In this document: positions 15,901-27,900 of the stretch, piece by piece | Numbering within the stretch: position 1 is the stretch's first letter | Layout of the letters: every line of letters begins with the position of its first letter | Assembly: GCF_964204645.1 (NCBI RefSeq) | Contig: NC_134025.1 | Coordinates: 29,616,299-29,680,298, forward strand | DNA from: Tubulanus polymorphus | Lineage: Eukaryota > Animalia > Nemertea | Direction: 5' to 3' | DNA: 64,000 nt | The notes under the pieces: model-generated | Told to the model about the DNA's origin: nothing | What the model saw: only the letters and a program-made list of their open reading frames with translations | The model's database searches: none | Made by a program: the position numbers and the translations under genes

Positions 15901-18900
15901 CGCGGGGTTTTTTTCGGGATGAGAACATGCGACATATTTCGATCTATTCTGTCAATATCGATGTTTTAATCGTTAAGCCGCGAAAACTAAAAAAACGAAC
16001 TCAAATTTTACGCGTTATCTTCGCCCGAAGAGTTATGAATTCATTCTAGTTTTGTCAAGCAAATCACGAAGACACGAAACCAAAACCACAATATTAAGAA
16101 ACAACAGCAATTAATACAATCATAGTTCAATGGAGAAATTTAGAATAGACTCATCACTAGTGCAAATGCTTAGAACGTTCTAAATATGTGAACGCAGATG
16201 TATATTTCATAATCTTTTGGTTAGGTTTTCATATACACATTTAAGACTGAGATTTTTCTCAATCAATCCCGAACATATTCTCTCCTTATTCAAACATGTA
16301 TACGTTTGCAATTGTTTAAAACCGGCCTCAAATGAAATTCTGGTCGAATAAAACCGACGTAGGAATGTTACGGAGTAAAATGAAGCGAAAGCACGATTAA
16401 TAGATGTAATTAACGCGATATGATCTACACTAACCTGACTGATTAGGACTAGTTGGTGAAAATGAGCCGTCATCCATTTTGAGTCCGCTCTGAATTCTTG
16501 CTTCAGCGATCAGTTTACGAGCTCTTACCCTTAAATCTTTCTGTCGATCGGAACCTTGAATCTACAATACACGAATCATTATATCTTCTATATTCAGGTG
16601 AAATATCAAACTTACGATTACACACGATTACACACGATTACACACGATTACACACGTATCTACTAAAGTAAATAGAATTTCAGACAGAAAATGAAAAAAC
16701 TATGGCAGATTGTTTACTCAAACGCGGAACAGATATTTCCACAATTACAAATCAAAAACTTCTATATTTAGTACTATAATTATACAAATCTTATCATACA
16801 GAGGCATTTTGGCCCGGTTCCAACAGATTTGGCCCGTCCCTAATTACAGAGCAAGTTCACCATAAATCACTCATTCAACATTAAATGATGCTGTGGCAGG
16901 TGAGGTTAGACACTTCCAGCACCAGTTAGCATTTGGCCTGACCCATATTAAAATTTCGACACAAGCCTGGTCTGACGTTTTTGGTCAGGCCAAATTTAGT
17001 GCATATCAAACAGCCATGGGTGATGATGATTTACCTCTTTATTCTCATCATCAGTACCGGAAGTAGTTGTAGCGGTTATAGTGGAATCTTGACTAGAGTC
17101 GGCTGTTGTTTGTTTATAAGTAGAAGCGTCTCTTTTCGCTTGTTCCAATAAGAATTTGGCTCTCTCTTTAAGTTCCTCATGACGAGATCGAACTTTCGGC
17201 TGAAAAAAAGACAATGTTTTCGAAACGATCTTTGAAAATTAATAATGTTAGTTTGTATCTAATCCGTAAATGTATGAACCTATGTTTTGTGTTCTGTGCA
17301 ATTGTAATTTTGCGGAGAAAAAAACTAATTGCAATTGTAATTGAAAGAAGTAGGACATCTAAGATATACGAGCTTCATGGGAGGTGAAGGCATTGTTAAC
17401 AGGTAATAAGAAATTCGAAAAAGAGAGGAATTGGATTATAATGCGTAAATGAAATGAGAAGTGGATAAAGAAAGGTTATACATGAGTCACGTAATTATCG
17501 CGCAGAACCCCGTTGAATTTCATCTGCATGAAATTATAATAATAATCATAACATTATAATAATCATCAGTATCGTATATACGACTAAAAGAAGCACATGA
17601 CATAAACAGGTAAATTGAATACCTGATTTCGAGCATCTGATGCCGATATATGAATCTATAGGAAGGAGTATGATCCACTAATAACCACATACACACAGCG
17701 GTCTCCTATCGATATTTATTATGATAATGAGATGTTTAATTCATTCCCGTTAAAACGATGTTATATATTCCTTCAAACAGGTGAATCACAGGTGACTTAG
17801 AAACGAATTTCTGAAATTGTCCATACAGCGCTATTATTCCGAATTAGTAACTAACAATAACTACACTACCCGGTAGACGCCGATGATGCCTATCAGCTTC
17901 ATCAGATATAACTGTAATAAAATGTGTTCCTAGACACAGATCAAAAAACAGTTTGAAACCGACGACTGTTTCCAGTGAGAATGAAAATCTGAGGTTTCGG
18001 GCAGGCTTTTCTATTTAACCTGTCTTAAGCCCGGCAAATGCAAAGCATCTTAGCAGCATAGCTCAAAGACAATACATTTTGTTAGGAGATTTTGTGCTTA
18101 TATATCAGCTGTTTCCTGCAGCTTTACTCTAAAACCGAGCAAAGCAGCTTAGATACAAATAAAAAGGGGACTAGACCAGTTCGCGTCTCCAGTACATGGT
18201 GCTTATGGCGACCGGGACTTCGTACGGTAAATATTGGCGAAACTTGAAAATCCAGACAAATTAAGGTTATATTCATAGACGAGGGACGTAATATAATTGA
18301 CAACTAACAATAAGACAATCGTGGAAACTAATTATTGCACGGCTGCAGCAAAATTTCAAATCATCCGCAGACCATGAAAATACTTGAGAAAGAAGCTTAT
18401 TTGGTAAGCGGCTTGCGAGAACGGCTTACTCATCATCAGTGGCTAATTATTTGTCATGGACCGACACAAGAGGAGACAGCGTTCGTTCGTAAAGATTAAT
18501 CGACAAGAGAACGCGAGGTGCATCGCGGCTTTTTGACGATGCGAAAAAGGTCAAAGGACGTCCTCCAATCAGCTCGCTATCGGTGGCCGAGGGGAAAAAC
18601 CGTGTCACACGCGACCTCAGAAACTTCCTGCCGATCTACAATTGAAACGATCACTACAATTGATCGTAGATTTTCACTTCATCGGGAACAAAAATGTGAG
18701 AGACCAGAAAACATTGTCCGAGTTAAGGAATACAACGTTACCGGGCATTACGTGATTCGTAATTTTCATAAAAACCTTTAAACTTATTCATCATGAACTT
18801 CTGAACTTGAACAAGTTTGCTGATATACATCAGATATGAAGCTATAATAATACACATTTTAATCAGAACTGATAAAACCTAAACAAATCCATCGCCCTTA

Positions 18901-21900
18901 AACATTAGAAATATCAAACATTTTAATCAACGGACCGAGCGAGCGACGCACAGTATCAATGGATTATCAGTATTCACAAGTACGTACGAAATATACACGT
19001 AAAGTTGATTAATTAGTTGTTGAGAACTGATCCCTATATTTAAAACCCTACCATATATGTAATATAGATCGTAGATCACATTTCATTACTAATGAAACAA
19101 GACTGAAATCAGCGCAGATGATGATGATGGTGGTGATGAGTTTTTAATTCGTAAATGGGCCGAACATTTCTTCGACAACGCGGCCGAATGTCAGCGATTA
19201 GAACTCTCCAATTCCTCCACCCAGTATTGTGTCAGTCCTAATAATACACACACACCGAGATTACAACTTAATTACATTCAATACTCCATATTCGAAATCC
19301 TCCAAACTTCATCTCTAGATTATATACATATATGTTTAAGTTAAAATCTTTTGAGCCGACGACGACATTAATGATTTCACCGGGCACGCGGAATCACCAT
19401 CAACTGCCGAAGACAACAAAAAGATTAATTAGCTGGCGGATGATGCAAAACTGATGTCCAGAATGAACGAGACATTTTGCCGGTGATTAGTCACGGGATC
19501 AATGAAAAATTAATAAATTCGATATGAATTTTATAGTGAACACACACAAGCGGTACAGTGTTATCAGCTGAGATTTACTGTCATACAACGCTACGATGGG
19601 TAATACATCATCATCTACTGCAGACAGTAATCAAACTACGTTCTCTGCACGGTAAGATTAGCAAATATTGTCGCCGGTTTGCCAGATGAAGTCTGTCAAG
19701 GCTTAAGATGAAATTATGAACGTGAAAGTGTGCTGATAACGGGGGGCTTCAATAAATCATTGCAAACAACGCGTATCAATCATTATAAAAACAACATATT
19801 CGATATTGTCACTAAATTCTTCACGAAATCAACTTTCTTTCTGTGTCTATAGTCGCGTTCACACGTCGTTATTGAGAACGGTCTTAATTTAGTCCGTTCC
19901 AGTTTAGAAGATTTAAAACGGACCATTTCTAGAAACTTAAAATACTTATTCTCACTAGATTCTTCAACTTTCTTCTATTAATTTTCCTGTAATTCGGAAG
20001 AGGAAAATTTGGAAACAAAAATCCCCAACGGTAGCTTCAAACCAAAAAGTAACCAGCGTTCGCGTGATGGCATGGAGTAACCTGGCTACGGGGGAATTTA
20101 CGATTAATCAAGTTAAACCTGTCACTTTCAGGTGACCAGAATTACGAGCAGTACCGCGAGTCGGCGAGTCGCAATACAGCATTTACAGGTTTCATCTAAT
20201 TACCAATCAGCTAACCAAACTGCAAATTAATTAGGCATATACGCCTGACGGGTACGAGCACTACGCGCTGAAATCCTCCAGATTCTGATGAAACGCGAGA
20301 GAGCATGTCATAAATTACTCATGGGTACATTTTTTCTGCTTTGGTTAACAGCCTGAAGGGTACTGTCGCGACCGGACTGAAAAGTTTTTCTTTCTCCGAA
20401 CGTTTTCAATCTTAAGAGAATTCTTTTTGTCGGGTTTTAAAGGCTACACCCGCACCAGCAGCAGGGGATACTTTAGTTATGAATATGCTTTCAACTTGAT
20501 TAAAAATGTCATCAAATCAACACTAATTAAAACCTCCCGCACCGTGAATGATGTTTCATCTATGAACTGCGAGTTCCTCTAAACCTCTATTGAAAGATTT
20601 ATTTTCGCGGTATAAAACGAAAACTAACCTGAGGTGGTTTTTCACCTTGCGGAGAAGTCATTTCAGCGCCTTCTTTCAAAATTTGTTTCTACAAGATTCA
20701 GTAAATTCAAAGGTTAAACTACAGTCTCGATAAAATACTGAAACATAATATGAATAAATAAAATCCCACGATTGTAAGAATGACTTGATCTTTCATTCAA
20801 TATTTTTAGTTGAAATATTTTGGGATTTTTAGTTCTCAATGCCCTTCATCGGTCAGTTTCGGAACTAAAATAACCATTTTGGTGAACTCTATTTAATCAT
20901 ACTTACAATCGAAGAGTAGGATTCTATTTACATCTACATTTACACAGATATTGTCATATACAGTAAACCTTGCCTAACTCAGACACGGCTGACAATGACT
21001 TTAGACTAACTCTGACAAAAACGAAAATAATTTCTGACTTCCTAAGATTTTTTTCCAATCTGTACGTAGGATTTCCACGTAAAATGGACCAATCTTTCGC
21101 CGGTCCCAGTTTGTCTGAGTTAGACAAGGTTTACGTTTAATCATAACAAATGTAATATTTACTTCAGAATCTTTCGTCACTTTCTTACTATCATCAGGCG
21201 CAGGTATTCTGTAAGAATATGAGAAGCACAAGTAAAGAATGTGAATATCTTAAATAATTAAACCACAATCGCATGGAGATGATTTGGCCCGGACCAGGCA
21301 CCAGGTTTTGGCATTCACGCCGAATAATTTGCACATGGACTGTATTTGGGTGGGCCAAACTGGTGACCTGTGTCACGGATCAATATGGCACTCGTGAGAA
21401 TGGTAGGTCCAGGTAAAAAGCCTGTGTAGATTAAAGTGGGGTTTCATTTTCGATGCCTTGGCATTTTTCTTCTAATCACTTGGAGTACATATTTTTTGAA
21501 GAAAAAAAATTTTGGAGGGGCGAAGAGAATAAAATGTTGAAAAAATTTCTTATAGTTTTAGAATGCATCTGGAACAGGAAAAAAACATAAAATTTAATTT
21601 AAAAAAAAAATTTCATATTTGATTTGAAGATTTTTGCAGAACAGAGGTAGATCCATTTTCGAAGTAATAAAGAAAAGCCCTAAAAAGCCCTAGTCTTGTT
21701 TGTACAAACCGCTTCTCAAACTGCTGTTCGGTCGAGACGACGACATCACCAGTTTCATTATTCTCTTCCTCCTCGTCGGAATCGAAAGGATTCATCAATT
21801 GTTTCCTCGTCATTAACTGCGGTTTTTCATCTTTAATCGTAACTTTATTACTATCGTTTAATTGCTCGTCAGTTTTACGAAGCAGCGAAGTCGTTCGATC

Positions 21901-24900
21901 CTCGTCGACGATCTGATGTTTATCGACCATTTTCTGCGCCGTTTTTAACTCAGTTTTACTCGTCGTTTCGACCGAAACGCTACTTGAAACGTCTCTCACT
22001 TCTTTGCCGTACATTTCCTTCGTTATTCTCGAGTTGACGTCGCTGTCGAAGTCGCCGACCGTGTACGTACTTTCGGTGACACTGTTTCCGATTTGTTGTA
22101 CCTCTAAAGTTTGACCAGTAAAATACGAGCGTAACTGATATAAATACGTCATCACGCTGAGTTTATCCGGCACGGTCAATAGAACCATATCGGACGGTTC
22201 TATAACCCGAGGAATGCCTAAAGCCGAAGACGAATCAAATGCAATTTTGTTGTTCCCTTTTATGTCATGCGGAGTGAGTGCGTCGAAATCCCTGAAGAAA
22301 AGAATTAATAAACATTCATATCATGAACAAAAAAATGAAACGAAAATTCCTAAAAACATTTTGCAATCTTCGAGATTATTTTCACGTATTCTCATAACAG
22401 GAAAATCTTTTTTCTCTTCCTTTAAGCGGCGTAAAAAGTGGCCGATTTTTCCCCGAACATTCATCCAGCCACACATACCGAGGAGAGAAGATTCTCCCCA
22501 CTCCGAACATCATCATCAGACATTTATATTTTTCCCCCCACGAGAGATTTGCGTCTCTTTGATGACGCTAGGCGCTTCCTGAGCTAGGGTTATCAAGATG
22601 TAACGTTGAAAGCAAAATTCTACCTTTGATAAAAACAAAAGCGATAGTGGAATGGTAATATTAATCGCCCAGTAATACCCAACCTCCTGCCTGATGAACA
22701 AAAAGCCCGGCGTGATTAGATGTTGCACACTGTGTGACCAGTGAGCAACATGAAGGAAACGTGGTTCTGATTAATTTTTGATGATTGAAACATCTCAATT
22801 TTCGCACTTTCAATCAGTACAAGAGATACGTGCGAACCTTTCGCATACAATCAGACAATGCGATAAAAGACACATGACGCTGGCGGACGGGATTAGAAAA
22901 ATCTGATTTCCTAATTACAGTTACATCTCATACAATCATCAAACAACAAGTACATATGTATACATCATACACGGCGTGTGCCTTGTATTTGATGGTAAGA
23001 AATTTGATGTTATATGTCAAAGGATTATTCATGAAAAGTAAACACAAAATAGCGTAGATCCGAACCATTCAGGATATGGTGCAGGGGCACATCTAGACTA
23101 GATGAAAGTGGGGGTTTATTATTGTAGCGGGTGTCCTGGTGGGTGTCCCGCCGAGCGCTACAGGTCATTATCACTTGTAGGGGTCTCGGGGTCCATTTTG
23201 GGTTCATTTTTATGTAATTTTAGGGCATATTGGATCAAGATCAGTAGTGTAGATAAGAAGCCAATATAATGTGGATTTTCAAAAGAGCACTCGGTCAGAT
23301 CACTTATCATGAAAAATTAAATGCGAAATGTTTCCCTGAGCTAGTAGCTAGTAGTTTATTCAAAGTTTATGTGAATAGTCATTTTCAGTATTCAGTATTC
23401 CTGTATCTTAGATTGATTTTGGGGTTAACCTTTTTTGTGAAACTGGGCCAAGAATGATAAATTGTTTACTTAATTCTTGAGAAAAGCGGCATTTATAAAA
23501 TCTTACAGTATATCGGGTCTGAAGTGATGAATTACTGCACAAAATGCCATTCCATTTCTCCAAGATGTCGTCATATTAGTTACTTTCACACCTCGATAAC
23601 CTTTAGTTACATCTTTACACCAATCGATTAGATCTTGACTAGGAGTATTTTTGTGATTGACAACCGGCTGAGTCTAAAAATAAACAAATATATCATTACA
23701 TTAGAAACAATGACAGCAACTGTTTTAATAGAATTGCAATTCGTTTTCAGCTTGATAAGAAACAGAGAATAAAAGGGGTGTCATTAGTGAATAGAGCATT
23801 CAAAACACCGAGTGACTGGTCACCACAGCTAACTGGTCACAACACTGACCAGAACAACTTCAACCTTGTCACAAGAACTCTTATGGTCTAGCGGTTAACA
23901 TGCTTGGCTTGTAAATGACAGTCCTAGGTTCAAATCCCGCAGGGGGCTAGTAAGGGCTGGAAGAGTTGGTGTAAGGGCATTTTGATTCGATTTATAAATT
24001 TCTAGTTTTGCCTACATCATAACTATGGTATCACAGAGATTTCCTTTTTTAGAATTAATAACAGCCTTTGAAAATTCCTGACTGGAAGGGGTGGATGCAC
24101 ATATCCCAAATATACAATCACAAATTATGACATCTCAGAGGTTAGAAGCAATAATAGAAAGGCGTTTTGTGAATAAACTTAGAAAGCTATTTTATTTTGT
24201 ATTGCCATATTTTTTTCAACACATTCATTTAAAGTCGGGTGTGAAACGTATAAGATTCCATAGATACTCTAATAAATAAAAATAATATTACTAATCTTAA
24301 TAAATATATTATTATTATCATTTCTAAACGAGTTATTAGTAAAACGAGGAATATGTAGAGAAAACACAATATTCTAAAGGGAAAAGTAAGAAAGTAAGGC
24401 CACTTGCCAGGCTGCAATAAAGATTTCTTAATTAATTAGAATAAATTGAAAAATATGACGAGGTGTCGAAGATGATGAAGACTCGATAACAATGTCTGAA
24501 TTCACAGGGAGCTGAGCGCGCTCACTCTCGCGTCTTCAACAGAAAGACGGGATTAATTCTGAACCCTCGGGGGCAGGAAGACACTAAATATCGCCCCGCG
24601 AATTATACGCCGATGGATTTCGCAGACATTTTTAGCGTGACCGAACAATTTACACGCGGTGATCGGTAAAATGAACGTCGTCGACCGGGAGGCGATCTGT
24701 AAGACAGTGCGCCGAGACATCAAAGGGTTTCCTGTTGTTTACTGAGGCGTATAACTGACACACAGATCACTAATGTAATTGATTTGTTGTGAATAAATGA
24801 CAAACAATTCACTATAAACTCGTCGAAATTATTATCACATCATTCTATCAGAAATTCCATGTTTGATAATGATAATAATAACGTGTATTATTGTACAACG

Positions 24901-27900
24901 CACTACACTACGTTCCACAGCAGTTTACACACTTTTATATCGATACGTTACAAAGAAAACACATAAATAAAATAGGATGAATAAAGTAGAATAAATTACG
25001 GAAGCCCCTAGGTGACATACGAGAAAACTTTTTCACAATTTCGACTTATTAAGTCGAATTTCGACATAACAAGTTGAATTTCGACTTAATATGTCGAAAT
25101 TCGACTTAATTAACACGAAATACAACTTATTAAGTCGAAATTCGACTTATTAAGTCGAAATTTGACTTATTATGTCGAAATTCGACTTATTATGTCGAAT
25201 TTCGACTTAATAAGTCGAAATTAAGAAAAAAATTATCTCATATGTCACCTAGGGGCTTCCGTAATAAATAGATAGGTTAAATAGAATAAAACGTTAGCGT
25301 AAATGCTCATTAAAAAGGATGAGGAGGAGTTTTCAATCTTGTATTTTTAATTTCAAGATCGTTGCAGTTTCTAATAGAAGTAGGCACACTATCCCGTAAA
25401 GATGGTATTGCAAAAATTAAACATCGGTTCTGGAATTAATTTGCAACAGTGTGATATCGATTACATTGTGACCTTAGTAAATGACCAGGTTTAAAAAGAG
25501 ACAGCAATTTTTTAATGTAGCCCGGAACTTAACTCGAGACTAATTCTACCAGTCTTTTTCCAAGTAAGGCCTAGAGTGTAAATCGTTATAGAATTATGAT
25601 AAACTTTAAAACATTCTCTTTCAATATTTAGTGAAGTGAATCCACGGTGAGGTTTCCCCCTAAGTCTAACAGTTGGGGTTTTCATCAATTGATTGAAAGT
25701 TTCGAGGGTCTATTTTATTATCGGTCGAAGGTGGATGATTTTCACCGCTGTCAATCATAAAATGAATGGTCTTTTATTACCGCAAATTAGACGGAGATAT
25801 TTTGAAAAGCTGACAACTATCAGCAATGAACGCGTGGAGATACGAGTTGATGACCTCGTGAAAGAGAGGTGGACAGATTGGTTTGTGTACATAAGTGGTG
25901 GGCTGCATTAAAATATACAGTTCACTAGCGCGTGATGATTAGTATTAGTGAAGACTTTCCTGTCTGTCACAGCGAATAATGGATAACATTGACCAGAGAA
26001 GCCACCCGAAAATACTGCAATCTGACCACTGTGAGGACTAAACAAATCATTGACCATACAGTGAAATCAGTGAGCAATGAAGCAGAAACTGATAGGTGTG
26101 TCAGAAGGTACTCGGGACAACCATCTGTAGCTGAGAATCCTTCCATCTGTAGCTTAAGACGCCATAATATATATGTAACAATGAAAACGTCAGTTAAAAT
26201 TGCAACTGACAAAAAGTCGCCATCTGTTACCATCGGCCATCTCGACTGTGTCCAAAATACTTCCGGTTCAAAAGGAGGGGGTGTTCCTGTAACGAACGTT
26301 AAACAATGTCACCCCCTATAACTAGAAAACTAGAGGTACTATGGGAAAAGTATTTTTCAAAAAACTATTTTGAAAGTTTTATCTGATTTCCTAAAATATA
26401 AAGAGTTCAACAGTTTCTATAAAATGAAGAAACCAACATAAAAACAACTAGAGTTGTACAGGAGTACCAGGTTCATGTATGTAACTGACATGTAACAGTG
26501 AGTCAGTTTCAATAGACAAGAGACAGTCTGATTCAACTGAAGAAAAAACCACAAAAGAAGAATTACTGACTATTTGACGTTTCGAAAAATTCTTGTTTTC
26601 AAATTCTAAAATTGAATAGACAGTTTTGAAAATGGCTCGTAGATTTGAGTCAAAACGTCAGATACTCTCTCTCAGTTTTTCTTCAAAAGGCACAAACAGA
26701 ATGTTCATAGATAAAAAAGTTCCAGTTTTTCATGTCATATTTGAAAGTTTCCAGATGAACGAGCAAACATATTTCTTCTATCTTCCCTTCATTCGTTTTC
26801 TATTAGAGTTAATACCCTTCTTCTTCTTTATCAATTTTCCGGAATACTGGCGACGACGACGATGCACCCGGCATACACCACGCACATGACAGGCCAATCC
26901 AATTTGTCGTGCTCTCGTCAAGCTCCGTTGCAGTCGCCGCTAGTATAATCTGCTTCAGTTGATCCTGTTACTCATGAGATGATGGTAATGACACTTGCAG
27001 TAACTATAATCACTTCACTTGATAAACACTGCCTGTCGGCTAAACCTACCCCGAAAATAATATACCATATACACATCCACTCGCAACAAAACATCGACAT
27101 TCGATCCAAATATTCATCTTAAATATTCCATAATAAATTTTAGCGAGGAAAATTTCACGACATGAATTTCATTATTAATCGACGTTTCTACCATCAATTA
27201 TTTATCTACGCTTACTTATCTATTGATGCAAGGGCTAATCATGGACGTATAAACTAGTTTATACGTCCATGGGCTAATTCAGCTTCAGCGTGAAGATCTA
27301 CTATGCATTTACTAGACTTTACCATATTTAACTATTAAGTTAAAAGAATAGAACGATAACCACACTCAAACGTGGTGAACGGATAATAAGATAAAATCCC
27401 ACTATTTACAGATTAAAAGAATTTAAAAACCAGAATTTATTTATTAAATCTAAGATATTTAAAAGACACGACGTTTCGATCTCACCCTAGAGATCATCGT
27501 CAGGTGTAACGATGATCTCTAGGGTGAGATCGAAACGTCGTGTCTTTTAAATATTTTAGATTTAAAAAATAAATTCTTGTTTGTAAATTCTTTTAATCTG
27601 TTAATAGTGGGATTTTATCTTATTAAGTTAAAAGAAAATGAATGTTTGGCCCATTTGTGTTAGATCTAGTCGAACAATCAATTTTAATCTAACTTATATT
27701 GAGTATATGTCGCATTTTGAATTTAAACATTTGTTTCATTTTGTGTAAATTGTGAAAGTCACATCATAGGTATTACACTATGGAAAAAAATATAAATGAT
27801 TATCATCATTATTATTATCATTGAACACAGAACAAGTGAGATATAACATCGAAGTATCAGTTGTAAGAGTTTTGAGTCGAGGATGGATTCAGAAATTGAC

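Noticed and set aside
23876-23948. Functional tRNA gene
   Set aside because: The acceptor and anticodon stems do not pair convincingly.
25037-25222. CRISPR-like array of palindromic repeats
   Set aside because: The repeats abut with no unique spacers, lie inside TIRs and a TSD, there are no cas genes, and the context is a eukaryotic intron.
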